Source: Eledone cirrhosa (taxonomy: Eukaryota). Taken from it: a stretch of 64,000 bases of DNA. Numbering within the stretch: the first letter of the stretch is position 1; each line of letters begins with the position of its first letter. Below, in pieces: positions 43,001 to 58,700 of the stretch. A model generated the notes under the pieces. It did not search any database. It was not told where the DNA came from and saw only the letters and a program-made list of their open reading frames with translations. The position numbers and the translations under genes are program-made. The stretch is taken from contig OZ024740.1 of assembly GCA_964016885.1 (NCBI GenBank), positions 318,742,001 through 318,806,000 of the forward strand, in the 5' to 3' direction.

Positions 43001-46000
43001 CAATACTCACAACAAACAATCCAGTATTGTCTCGTCTATTTCTACAACTTACATTCTATGTGACATTCAAACGACTCTATCAATTCGAAGTCTTTCTACT
43101 ACAATACTCCCAACAAATAATCAAGGATTGTATCGTCGATTACCACAACTTACATTCTATCTGACATTCTAACGACTCTACCCATTCGCTGTATTTCTAC
43201 TACAATACTAACTTCAAATAATCCAGGATTGTCTCCTCTATTTCCACAACTTACATTCTATGTCACATTCTAACGAGTCTACCAATTCGCTGTGTTTCTA
43301 CTACAATACTCACAACAAATAAACCAGGATTGTCTCCTCTATTTCCACAACTTACATTCTATCTGACATTCTAACGACTCTACCAATTCGCTGTCTTTCT
43401 ACTACAATACTAACTTCAAATAATCCAGGATTGTATCGGCTATTTCCACAACTTACATTCTATCTGACATTCTAACGACTCTACCAATTCGCTGTCTTTC
43501 TACTACAATACTAACAACATATAATCTAGGATTGTCTCGTCTATTTCCACAACTTACAATCTATCTGATATTCGAACGACTCTACCAATTCGAAGTCTTT
43601 CTGCTACAATACTAACAACAAATAATCTAGGATTGTCTCGTCTATTTCCACAACTTACTTTCTATCTGACATTCTAACGACTCTACCAATTCAATGTGTT
43701 TCTACTACAATACTCACGTCAAATAATCCAGGATTGTCTCGTCTATCTCCAGACCTTACATTCTATCTGACATTCTAACGACTCTACCAGTTCGCTGTAT
43801 TTCTACTACAATACTCACAACAAATAATCCAGGATTGTCTCGTCTATTTCCACAACTTACATTCTATCTCACATTCTAACGTGTCTACCAATTCGAAGTC
43901 TTTCTACTACAATACTAACTTTAAACAATCCAGGATTGTCTCCTCTATTTCCACAACTTACATTCTATCTGACATTGAAACGACTCTACCAATTCGATGT
44001 CTTTGTACTACAATACTCACAAAAAAATAATCCAGGATTGTATCGTCTTTTTCCACAACTTACATTCTATCTGACATTCTAACGACTCTACCAATTCGCT
44101 GTATTTCTACTACAATACTAACTTCAATTAGTCCAGGATTGTCTCATCTATTTCCACAACTTACATTCTATCTGATATTCGAACGACTCTACCAATTCGA
44201 AGTCTTTCTACTACAATACTAACAACAAATAATGCAGGATTATCTCGTCTATTTCCACAACTTACATTCTATCTGACATTCTAACGACTCTACCAATTCG
44301 AAGTCTTTCTATTACAATACTCACAAAAAATAATCCAGGATTGTCTCGTCTATTTCCACAACTTACATTCTATCTGACATTCTAACGACTCTACGAATTC
44401 GCTGTGTTTCTACTACAATACTCACAACAAACAATCCAGGATTGTCTCGTCTATTTCTACAACTTACATTCTATGTGACATTAAAACGACTCTATCAATT
44501 CGAAGTCTTTCTACTACAATACTAACGTCAAATAATCCAGGATTGTCTCGTCTATTTCCACAACTTACGTTCTATCTGACATTCTAACGACTCTACCAAT
44601 TCGAATTCTTTATATTACAATACTCACAACAAATAATCCACGACTGTCTCGTCTATTTCCACAACTTACATTCTATCTGACATTCTAACGACTCTACCAA
44701 TTCGATGTGTTTCTACTACAATACTCACGACAAATAATCCAGGATTGTGTCGTCTATTTCCACAACTTACATTCTATCTGACATTCTAACGACTCTACCA
44801 ATTCGAAATCTTTCTACTACAATACTCACAACAAACAATCCAGGATTGTCTCGTCTATTTCTACAACTTACATTCTATGTGACATTCAAACGACTCTATC
44901 AATTCGAAGTCTTTCTACTACAATACTAACGTCAAATAATCCAGGATTGTCTCGTCTATTTCCACAACTTACGTTCTATCTGACATTCTAACGACTCTAC
45001 CTATTCGAATTCTTTCTATTACAATACTCACAACAAATAATCCAGGATTGTCTCCTCTATTTCCACAACTTACATTCTATCTGACATTCTAACAACTCTA
45101 CGAATTCGCTGTCTTTCTACTACAATGCTCACAACAAATAATCCACGACTGTCTCGTCTATTTCCACAACTTACATTCTATCTGATATTCTAACGACTCT
45201 ACCAATTCGAAGTCTTTCTACTACAATACTCACAACAAATAATCCATATTGTCTCGTCTATTTCCACAACTCACATTCTATCTGACATTCTAACGACTCT
45301 ACCAATTCGAAATCCTTCTACTACAATACTCACAACAAACAATCCAGGATTGTCTCGTATATTTCTACAACTTACATTCTATGTGACATTCAAACGACTC
45401 TATCAATTCGAAGACTTTCTACAACAATACTAACGTAAAATAATCCAGGATTGTCTCGTCCATTTCCACAACTTACATTCTATCTGACATTCTAACGACT
45501 CTACCAATTCGAAGACTTTCTACTACAATACTAACTTTAAATAATCCAGGATTGTCTCGTCTATCTCCTGACCTTACATTCTATCTGACATTCTAACGAC
45601 TCTACCAGTTCGCTGTATTTCAACTACAATACTACCTTCAAATAATCCAGGATTGTCTCGTCTATTTCCACAACTTACATTCTATCTGATATTCTAACGA
45701 CTCTACCAATTCGAAGTCTTTCTACTACAATACTCACAACAAATAATCCATATTGTCTCGTCTATTTCCACAACTCACATTCTATCTGACATTCTAACGA
45801 CTCTATCAATTCGAAGTCTTTCTACTACAATACTAACGTCAAATAATCCAGGATCGTCTCGTCTATTTCCACAACTTACATTCTATCTGACATTCTAACG
45901 ACTCTATCAATTCGAAGTCTTTCTACTACAATACTAACGTCAAATAATCCAGGATCGTCTCGTCTATTTCCACAACTTACATTCTATCTGACATTCTAAC

Positions 46001-48929
46001 GACTCTACCAATTCGAAGTTTTTCTACTACAATACTAACAACAAATAATCTGGGATTGTCTCGTCTATTTCCACAACTTACATTCTATCTGACATTCTAA
46101 CGACTCTACCCATTCGCTGTATTTCTACTACAATACTAACTTCAAATAATCCAGGATTGTCTCCTCTATTTCCACAACTTACATTCTATGTCACATTCTA
46201 ACGAGTCTACCAATTCGCTGTGTTTCTACTACAATACTCACAACAAATAAACCAGGATTGTCTCGTCTATTTCCACAACTTACATTATATCTGACATACT
46301 AACGTCTCTACGAATTCGAAGTCTTTCTACTACAATACTAACTTTAATCTATCCAGGATTGTCCCCTCTATTTCCACAACTTACATTCTATCTGACATTC
46401 TAACGACTCTACCAATTCGCTGTATTTCTACTACAATACTAACTTCAAATAATCCAGGATTGTATCGGCTATTTCCACAACTTACATTCTATCTGACATT
46501 CTAACGACTCTACCAATTCGCTGTCTTTCTACTACAATACTAACAACATATAATCTAGGATTGTCTCGTCTATTTCCACAACTTACAATCTATCTGATAT
46601 TCGAACGACTCTACCAATTCGAAGTCTTTCTGCTACAATACTCACGACAAATAATCTAGGATTGTCTCGTCTATTTCCACAACTTACATTCTATCTGACA
46701 TTCTAACGACTCTAACAATTCGAAGTCTTTCTACTACAATACTCACAACAAATAATCCAGGATCGTCTCATCTATTTCCACAACTTACATTCTATCTGAC
46801 ATTCTAACGACTCTACCAATTCGATGTGTTTCTACTACAATACTCACGTCAAATAATCCAGGATTGTCTCGTCTATCTCCAGACCTTACATTCTATCTGA
46901 CATTCTAACGACTCTACCAGTTCGCTGTATTTCTACTACAATACTCACAACAAATAATCCAGGATTGTCTCGTCTATTTCCACAACTTACATTCTATCTC
47001 ACATTCTAACGTGTCTACCAATTAGAAGTCTTTCTACTACAATACTAACTTTAAACAGTCCAGGATTGTCTCCTCTATTTCCACAACTTACATTCTATCT
47101 GACATTGAAACGACTCTACCATTTCGATGTCTTTGTACTACAATACTCACAACAAACAATCCAGGATTGTCTCGTCTATTTCTACAACTTACTTTCTATG
47201 TGACATTCAAACGACTCTATCAATTCGAAGTCTTTCTACAACAATACTAACGTAAAATAATCCAGGATTGTCTCGTCCATTTCCACAACTTACATTCTAT
47301 CTGACATTCTAACGACTCTACCAATTCGAAGTCTTTCTACTACAATACTAACTTTAAATAATCCAGGATTGTCTCGTCTACTTCCACAACTTACATTCTA
47401 TCTGATATTCTAAAGACTCTACCCATTCGCTGTATTTCTACTACAATACTAACTTCAAATAATCCAGGATTGTCTCGTCTACTTCCACAAATCACATTCT
47501 ATGTGATATTCTAACGACTCTACCAATTCGAAGTCTTTCTACTACAATACTCACAACAAATAATCCATATTGTCTCGTCTATTTCCACAACTCACATTCT
47601 ATCTGACATTCTAACGACTCTATCAATTCGAAGTCTTTCTACTACAATACTAACGTCAAATAATCCAGGATCGTCTCGTCTATTTCCACAACATACATTC
47701 TATCTGACATTCTAACGACTCTACCAATTCGATGTCTTTGTACTACAATACTCACAAAAAAATAATCCAGGATTGTATCGTCTCTTTCCACAACTTACAT
47801 TCTATCTGACATTCTAACGACTCTACCAATTCGCTGTATTTCTACTACAATACTAACTTCAATTAGTCCAGGATTGTCTCATCTATTTCCACAACTTACA
47901 TTCTATCTGATATTCGAACGACTCTACCAATTCGAAGTCTTTCTACTACAATACTCACAACAAACAATCCAGGATTGTCTCGTCTATTTCTACAACTTAC
48001 ATTCTATGTGACATTAAAACGACTCTATCAATTCGAAGTCTTTCTACTACAATACTAACGTCAAATAATCCAGGATTGTCTCGTCTATTTCCACAACTTA
48101 CGTTCTATCTGACATTCTAACGACTCTACCAATTCGAATTCTTTATATTACAATACTCACAACAAATAATCCACGACTGCCTCGTCTATTTCCACAACTT
48201 ACATTCTATCTGACATTCTAACGACTCTACCAATTCGATGTGTTTCTACTCCAACACTCAAGACAAATAATCCAGGAATGTCTCGCCTATTTTCACAACT
48301 TACATTCTATCTGACATTCTAACAACTCTACGAATTCGCTGTCTTTCTACTACAATGCTCACAACAAACAATCCAGGATTGTCTCGTCTATTTCTACAAC
48401 TTACATTCTATGTGACATTCAAACGACTCTATCAATTCGAAGTCTTTCTACTACAATACTAACGTCAAATAATCCAGGATTGTCTCGTCTATTTCCACAA
48501 CTTACGTTCTATCTGACATTCTAACGACTCTACCAATTCGAATTCTTTCTATTACAATACTCACAACAAATAATCCAGGATTGTCTCGTCTATTTCCACA
48601 ACTTACATTCTATCTGACATTCTAACGACTCTACGAATTCGCTGTCTTTCTATTACAATGCTCACAACAAATAATCCACGACTGTCTCGTCTATTTCCAC
48701 AACTTACATTCTATCTGACATTCTAACGACTCTACCAATTCGAAATCTTTCTACTACAATACTCACAACAAACAATCCAGGATTGTCTCGTCTATTTCTA
48801 CAACTTACATTCTATGTGACATTCAAACGACTCTACCAATTCGAAGTCTTTCTACTACAATACTAACTTTAAATAATCCAGGATTGTCTCGTCTATCTCC
48901 AGACCTTACATTCTATCTGACATTCTAAC

Positions 48930-49270
48930 GACTCTACCAGTTCGCTGTATTTCAACTACAATACTAACTTCAAATAATTCAGGATTGTCTCGTCTATTTC
49001 CACAACTTACATTCTATCTGACATTCTAACGACTCTACCAGTTCGCTGTATTTCAACTACAATACTAACTTCAAATAATTCAGGATTGTCTCGTCTATTT
49101 CCACAACTTACATTCTATCTGACATTCTAACGACTCTACCAGTTCGCTGTATTTCAACTACAATACTAACTTCAAATAATTCAGGATTGTCTCGTCTATT
49201 TCCACAACTTACATTCTATCTGACATTCTAACGACTCTACCAGTTCGCTGTATTTCAACTACAATACTCA
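48930..49270 (+). repeat. Run of three identical single monomers
   Basis: Rare CAAATAATTCAGG at 48971, 49072 and 49173. CCAGTTCGCTGTATTTCAAC occurs four times in a row. Confidence 0.92.
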
Positions 49271-52200
49271 CAACAAATAATCCAGGATTGTCTCGTCTAT
49301 TTCCACAACTTACATTCTATCTGACATTCAAACGACTCTATCAATTCGAAGTCTTTCTACTACAATACTAACGTCAAATAATCCAGGATTGTCTCGTCTA
49401 TTTCCACAACTTACGTTCTATCTGACATTCTAACGACTCTACCAATTCGAATTCTTTATATTACAATACTCACAACAAATAATCCACGACTGTCTCGTCT
49501 ATTTCCACAACTTACATTCTATCTGACATTCTAACGACTCTACCAATTCGATGTGTTTCTACTACAATACTCACGACAAATAATCCAGGATTGTCTCGTC
49601 TATTTCCACAACTTACATTCTATCTGACATTGAAACGACTCTACCAATTCGATGTCTTTGTACTACAATACTCACAAAAAAATAATCCAGGATTGTATCG
49701 TCTTTTTCCACAACTTACATTCTATCTGACATTCTAACGACTCTACCAATTCGCTGTATTTCTACTACAATACTAACTTCAATTAGTCCAGGATTGACTC
49801 ATCTATTTCCACAACTTACATTCTATCTGATATTCGAACGACTCTACCAATTCGAAGTCTTTCTACTACAATACTCACAACAAACAATCCAGGATTGCCT
49901 CGTCTATTTCTACAACTTACATTCTATGTGACATTAAAACGACTCTATCAATTCGAAGTCTTTCTACTACAATACTAACGTCAAATAATCCAGGATTGTC
50001 TCGTCTATTTCCACAACTTACGTTCTATCTGACATTCTAACGACTCTACCAATTCGAATTCTTTATATTACAATACTCACAACAAATAATCCACGACTGC
50101 CTCGTCTATTTCCACAACTTACATTCTATCTGACATTCTAACGACTCTACCAATTCGATGTGTTTCTACTACAATACTCAAGACAACTAATCCAGGATTG
50201 TCTCGTCTATTTTCACAACTTACATTCTATCTGACATTCTAACGACTCTACGAATTCGCTGTCTTTCTACTACAATGCTCACAAAAAATAATCCACGACT
50301 GTCTCGTCTATTTCCACAACTTACATTCTATCTGACATTCTAACGACTCTACCAATTCGAAATCTTTCTACTACAATACTCACAACAAACAAGCCAGGAT
50401 TGTCTCGTCTATTTCTACAACTTACATTCTATGTGACATTCAAACGACTCTATCAATTCGAAGTCTTTCTACTACAATACTAACGTCAAATAATCCAGGA
50501 TTGTCTCGTCTATTTCCACAACTTACGTTCTATCTGACATTCTAACGACTCTACCAATTCGAATTCTTTCTATTACAATACTCACAACAAATAATCCAGG
50601 ATTGTCTCGTCTATTTCCACAACTTACATTCTATCTGACATTCTAACGACTCTACGAATTCGCTGTCTTTCTACTACAATGCTCACAACAAATAATCCAC
50701 GACTGTCTCGTCTATTTCCACAACTTACATGCTATCTGACATTCTAACGACTCTACCAATTCGAAATCTTTCTACTACAATACTCACAACAAACAATCCA
50801 GGATTGTCTCGTCTATTTCTACAATTTACATTCTATGTGACATTCAAACGACTCTATCAATTCGAAGTCTTTCTACAACAATACTAACGTAAAATAATCC
50901 AGGATTGTCTCGTCCATTTCCACAACTTACATTCTATCTGACATTCTAACGACTCTACCAATTCGAAGTCTTTCTACTACAATACTAACATTAAATAATC
51001 CAGGTTTGTCTCGTCTATCTCCAGACCTTACATTCTATCTGACATTCTAACGACTCTACCAGTTTGCTGTATTTCAACTACAATACTAACTTCAAATAAT
51101 CCAGGATTGTCTCGTCTGTTTCCACAACTTACATTCTATCTGATATTCTAACGACTCTACCCATTCGCTGTATTTCTACTACAATACTAACTTCAAATAA
51201 TCCAGGATTGTCGCGTCTACTTCCACAACTTACATTCTATGTGATATTCTAACGACTCTACCAATTCGAAGTCTTTCTACTACAATACTCACAACAAATA
51301 ATCCAGGATTGTCTCGTCTATTCCCACAACTTACATTCTATCTGACATTCAAACGACTCTATCAATTCGAAGTCTTTCTACTACAATACTAACGTCAAAT
51401 AATCCAGGATTGTCTCGTCTATTTCCACAACTTACGTTCTATCTGACATTCTAACGACTCTACCAATTCGAATTCTTTATATTACAATACTCACAACAAA
51501 TAATCCACGACTGTCTCGTCTATTTCCACAACTTACATTCTATCTGACATTCTAACGACTCTACCAATTCGATGTGTTTCTACTACAATACTCACGACAA
51601 ATAATCCAGGATTGTCTCGTCTATTTCCACAACTTACATTCTATCTGACATTCTAACGACTCTACGAATTCGCTGTCTTTCTACTACAATGCTCACAACA
51701 AATAATCCACGACTGTCTCGTCTATTTCCACAACTTACATTCTATCTGACATTCTAACGACTCTACCAATTCGAAGTCTTTCTACTACAATACTAACAAC
51801 AGATAATCTGGGATTGTCTCGTCTATTTCCACAACATACATTCTATCTGACATTCTAACGACTCTACCAATTCGAAGTTTTTCTACTACAATACTCCCAA
51901 CAAATAATCAAGGATTGTATCGTCTATTTCCACACCTTACATTCTATCTGACATTCTAACGACTCTACCCATTCGCTGTATTTCTACTACAATACTAACT
52001 TCAAATAATCCAGGATTGTCTCCTCTATTTCCACAACTTACATTCTATGTCACAATCTAACGAGTCTAGCAATTCGCTGTGTTTCTACTACAATACTCAC
52101 AACAAATAAACCAGGATTGTCTCGTCTATTTCCACAACTTACATTATATCTGACATACTAACGACTCTACGAATTCGAAGTCTTTCTACTACAATACTAA

Positions 52201-55200
52201 CTTTAAACTATCCAGGATTGTCACCTCTATTTCCACAACTTACATTCTATCTGACATTCTAACGACTCTATCAATTCGAAGTCTTTCTACTACAATACTA
52301 ACGTCAAATAATCCAGGATTGTCTCGTCTATTTCCACAACTTACGTTCTATCTGACATTCTAACGACTCTACCAATTCGAATTCTTTCTATTACAATACT
52401 CACAACAAATAATCCAGGATTGTCTCGTCTATTTCCACAACTTACATTCTATCTGACATTCTAACGACTCTACGAATTCGCTGTCTTTCTACTACAATGC
52501 CCACAACAAATAATCCACGACTGTCTCGTCTATTTCCACAACTTACATTCTATCTGACATTCTAACGACTCTACCAATTCGAAATCTTTCTACTACAATA
52601 CTCAACAACAAACAATCCAGGATTGTCTCGTCTATTTCTACAACTTACATTCTATGTGACATTCAAACGACTCTACCAATTCGAAGTCTTTCTACAACAA
52701 TACTAACGTAAAATAATCCAGGATTGTCTCGTCCATTTCCACAACTTACATTCTATCTGACATTCTAACGACTCTACCAATTCGAAGTCTTTCTACTACA
52801 ATACTAACTTTAAATAATCCAGGATTGTCTCGTCTATCTCCAGACCTTACATTCTATCTGACATTCTAACGACTCTACCAGTTCGCTGTATTTCAACTAC
52901 AATACTAACTTCAAATAATCCAGGATTGTCTCGTCTATTTCCACAACTTACATTCTATCTGATATTCTAACGACTCTACCCATTCGCTGTCTTTCTACTA
53001 CAATACTAACTTCAAATAATCCAGGATTGTCTCGTCTACTTCCACAACTTACATTCTATGTGATATTCTAACGACTCTACCAATTCGAAATCTTTCTACT
53101 ACAATACTCACAACAAATAATCCATATTGTCTCGTCTATTTCCACAACTTACATTCTATCTGACATTCAAACGACTCTATCAATTCGAAGTCTTTCTACT
53201 ACAATACTAACGTCAAATAATCCAGGATTGTCTCGTCTATTTCCACAACTTACGTTCTATCTGACATTCTAACGACTCTACCAATTCGAATTCTTTATAT
53301 TACAATACTCACAACAAATAATCCACGACTGTCTCGTCTATTTCCTCAACTTACATTCTATCTGACATTCTAACGACTCTACCAATTCGATGTGTTTCTA
53401 CTACAATACTCACGACAAACAATCCAGGATTGTCTCGTCTATTTCCACAACTTACATTCTATCTGACATTGAAACGACTCTACTAATTCGATGTCTTTGT
53501 ACTACAATACTCACAAAAAAATAATCCAGGATTGTATCGTCTTTTTCCACAACTTACATTCTATCTGACATTCTAACGACTCTACCAATTCGCTGTATTT
53601 CTACTACAATACTAACTTCAATTAGTCCAGGATTGTCTCGTCTATTTCTACAACTTACGTTATATCTGACATTCTAACGACTCTACCAATTCGAATTCTT
53701 TATATTACAATACTCACAACAAATAATCCACGACTGCCTCGTCTATTTCCACAACTTACATTCTATCTGACATTGTAACGAATCTACCAATTCGATGTGT
53801 TTCTACTACAATACTCAAGACAAAAAATCCAGGATTGTCTCGTCTATTTTCACAACTTACATTCTATCTGACATTCTAACGACTCTACGAATTCGCTGTC
53901 TTTCTACTACAATGCTCACAAAAAATAATCCACGACTGTCTCGTCTATTTCCACAACTTACATTCTATCTGACATTCTAACGACTCTACCAATTCGAAAT
54001 GTTTCTACTACAATACTCACAACAAACAATCCAGGATTGTCTCGTCTATTTCTACAACTTACATTCTATGTGACATTCAAACGACTCTATCAATTCGAAG
54101 TCTTTCTACTACAATACTAACGTCAAATAATCCAGGATTGTCTCGTCTATTTCCACAACTTACGTTCTATCTGACATTCTAACGACTCTACCAATTCGAA
54201 TTCTATCTATTACAATACTCACAACAAATAATCCAGGATTGTCTCGTCTATTTCCACAACTTACATTCTATCTGACATTCTAACGACTCTACGAATTCGC
54301 TGTCTTTCTACTACAATGCTCACAACAAATAATCCACGACTGTCTCGTCTATTTCCACAACTTACATTCTATCTGACATTCTAACGACTCTACCAATTCG
54401 AAATCTTTCTACTACAATACTCACAACAAACAATCCAGGATTGTCTCGTCTATTTCTACAATTTACATTCTATGTGACATTCAAACGACTCTATCAATTC
54501 GAAGTCTTTCTACAACAATACTAACGTAAAATAATCCAGGATTGTCTCGTCCATTTCCACAACTTACATTCTATCTGACATTCTAACGACTCTACCAATT
54601 CGAAGTCTTTCTACTACGATACTAACTTTAAATAATCCAGGATTGTCTCGTCCATTTCCACAACTTACATTCTATCTGACATTCTAACGACTCTACCAAT
54701 TCGAAGTCTTTCTACTACAATACTAACTTCAAATAATCCAGGATTGTCTCGTCTACTTCCACAACTTACATTCTATGTGATATTCTAACGACTCTACCAA
54801 TTCGAAGTCTTTCTACTACAATACTAACAACAAATAATCTGGGATTGTCTCGTCTATTTCCACAACATACATTCTATCTGACATTCTAACGACTCTACCA
54901 ATTCGAAGTTTTTCTACTACAATACTCCCAACAAATAATCAAGGATTGTATCGTCTATTTCCACAACTTACATTCTATCTGACATTCTAACGACTCTACC
55001 CATTCGCTGTATTTCTACTACAATACTAACTTCAAATAATCCAGGATTGTCTCCTCTATTTCCACAACTTACATTCTATGTCACAATCTAACGAGTCTAG
55101 CAATTCGCTGTGTTTCTACTACAATACTCACAACAAATAAACCAGGATTGTCTCGTCTATTTCCACAACTTACATTATATCTGACATACTAACGACTCTA

Positions 55201-55764
55201 CGAATTCGAAGTCTTTCTACTACAATACTAACTTTAAACTATCCAGGATTGTCTCCTCTATTTCCACAACTTACATTCTATCTGACATTCTAACGACTCT
55301 ATCAATTCAAAGTCTTTCTACTACAATACTAACGTCAAATAATCCAGGATTGTCTCGTCTATTTCCACAACTTACGTTCTATCTGACATTCTAACGACTC
55401 TACCAATTCGAATTCTTTCTATTACAATACTCACAACAAATAATCCAGGATTGTCTCGTCTATTTCCACAACTTACATTCTATCTGACATTCTAACGACT
55501 CTACGAATTCGCTGTCTTTCTACTACAATGCTCACAATAAATAATCCACGACTGTCTCGTCTATTTCCACAACTTACATTCTATCTGACATTCTAACGAC
55601 TCTACCAATTCGAAATCTTTCTACTACAATACTCACAACAAACAATCCAGGATTGTCTCGTCTATTTCTACAACTTACATTCTATGTGACATTCAAACGA
55701 CTCTATCAATTCGAAGTCTTTCTACAACAATACTAACGTAAAATAATCCAGGATTGTCTCGTCC

Positions 55765-58700
55765 ATTTCCACAACTTACATTCTATCTGACATTCTAACG
55801 ACTCTACCAATTCGAAGTCTTTCTACTACAATACTAACTTTAAATAATCCAGGATTGTCTCGTCTATCTCCAGACCTTACATTCTATCTGACATTCTAAC
55901 GACTCTACCAGTTCGCTGTATTTCAACTACAATACTAACTTCAAATAATCCAGGATTGTCTCGTCTATTTCCACAACTTACATTCTATCTGATATTCTAA
56001 CGACTCTACCCATTCGCTGTATTTCTACTACAATACTAACTTCAAATAATCCAGGATTGTCTCGTCTACTTCCACAACTTACATTCTATGTGATATTCTA
56101 ACGACTCTACCAATTCGAAATCTTTCTACTACAATACTCACAACAAATAATCCATATTGTCTCGTCTATTTCCACAACTTACATTCTATCTGACATTCAA
56201 ACGACTCTATCAATTCGAAGTCTTTCTACTACAATACTAACGTCAAATAATCCAGGATTGTCTCGTCTATTTCCACAACTTACGTTCTATCTGACATTCT
56301 AACGACTCTACCAATTCGAATTCTTTATATTACAATACTCACAACAAATAATCCACGACTGTCTCGTCTATTTCCTCAACTTACATTCTATCTGACATTG
56401 AAACGACTCTACCAATTCGATGTCTTTGTACTACAATACTCACAAAAAAATAATCCAGGATTGTATCGTCTTTTTCCACAACTTACATTCTATCTGACAT
56501 TCTAACGACTCTACCAATTCGCTGTATTTCTACTACAATACTAACTTCAATTAGTCCAGGATTGTCTCATCTATTTCCACAACTTACATTCTATCTGATA
56601 TTCGAACGACTCTACCAATTCGAAGTCTTTCTACTACAATACTCACAACAAACAATCCAGGATTGTTTCGTCTATTTCTACAACTTACATTCTATGTGAC
56701 ATTAAAACGACTCTATCAATTCGAAGTCTTTCTACTACAATACTAACGTCAAATAATCCAGGATTGTCTCGTCTATTTCCACAACTTACGTTCTATCTGA
56801 CATTCTAACGACTCTACCAATTCGAATTCTTTATATTACAATACTCACAACAAATAATCCACGACTGCCTCGTCTATTTCCACAACTTACATTCTATCTG
56901 ACATTCTAACGACTCTACCAATTCGATGTGTTTCTACTACAATACTCAAGACAAATAATCCAGGATTGTCTCGTCTATTTTCACAACTTACATTCTATCT
57001 GACATTCTAACGACTCTACGAATTCGCTGTCTTTCTACTACAATGCTCACAAAAAATAATCCACGACTGTCTCGTCTAATTCCACAACTTACATTCTATC
57101 TGACATTCTAACGACTCTACCAATTCGAAATCTTTCTACTTCAATACTCACAACAAACAATCCAGGATTGTCTCGTCTATTTCTACAACTTACATTCTAT
57201 GTGACATTCAAACGACTCTATCAATTCGAAGTCTTTCTACTACAATACTAACGTCAAATAATCCAGGATTGTCTCGTCTATTTCCACAACTTATGTTCTA
57301 TCTGACATTCTAACGACTCTACCAATTCGAATTCTTTCTATTACAATACTCACAACAAATAATCCAGGATTGTCTCGTCTATTTCCACAACTTACATTCT
57401 ATCTGACATTCTAACGACTCTACGTATTCGCTGTCTTTCTACTACAATGCTCACAACAAATAATCCACGACTGTCTCGTCTATTTCCAAAACTTACATTC
57501 AATCTGACATTCTAACGACTCTACCAATTCGAAATCTTTCTACTACAATACTCACAACAAACAATCCAGGATTGTCTCGTCTATTTCTACAATTTACATT
57601 CTATGTGACATTCAAACGACTCTATCAATTCGAAGTCTTTCTACAACAATACTAACGTAAAATAATCCAGGATTGTCTCGTCTATTTCCACAACTTACAT
57701 TCTATCTGATATTCTAACCACTCTACCCATTCGCTGTATTTCTACTACAATACTAACTTCAAATAATCCAGGATTGTCTCGTCTACTTCCACAACTTACA
57801 TTCTATGTGATATTCTAACGACTCTACCAATTCGAAGTCTTTCTACTACAATACTCACAACAAATAATCCATATTGTCTCGTCTATTTCCACAACTTACG
57901 TTCTATCTGACATTCTAACGACTCTACCAATTCGAATTCTTTATATTACAATACTCACAACAAATAATCCACGACTGTCTCGTCTATTTCCACAACTTAC
58001 ATTCTATCTGACATTCTAACGACTCTACCAATTCGATGTGTTTCTACTACAATACTCACGACAAACAATCCAGGATTGTCTCGTCTATTTCCACAACTTA
58101 CATTCTATCTGACATTCTAACGACTCTACCAATTCGAAGTCTTTCTACTACAATACTAACTTTAAATAATCCAGGATTGTCTCGTCTATCTCCAGACCTT
58201 ACATTCTATCTGACATTCTAACGACTCTACCAGTTCGCTGTATTTCAACTACAATACTAACTTCAAATAATCCAGGATTGTCTCGTCTATTTCCACAACT
58301 TACATTCTATCTGATATTCTAACGACTCTACCCATTCGCTGTATTTCTACTACAATACTAACTTCAAATAATCCAGGATTGTCTCGTCTACTTCCACAAC
58401 TTACATTCTATGTGATATTCTAACGACTCTACCAATTCGAAATCTTTCTACTACAATACTCACAACAAATAATCCATATTGTCTCGTCTATTTCCACAAC
58501 TTACATTCTATCTGACATTCAAACGACTCTATCAATTCGAAGTCTTTCTACTACAATACTAACGTCAAATAATCCAGGATTGTCTCGTCTATTTCCACAA
58601 CTTACGTTCTATCTGACATTCTAACGACTCTACCAATTCGAATTCTTTATATTACAATACTCACAACAAATAATCCACGACTGTCTCGTCTATTTCCTCA

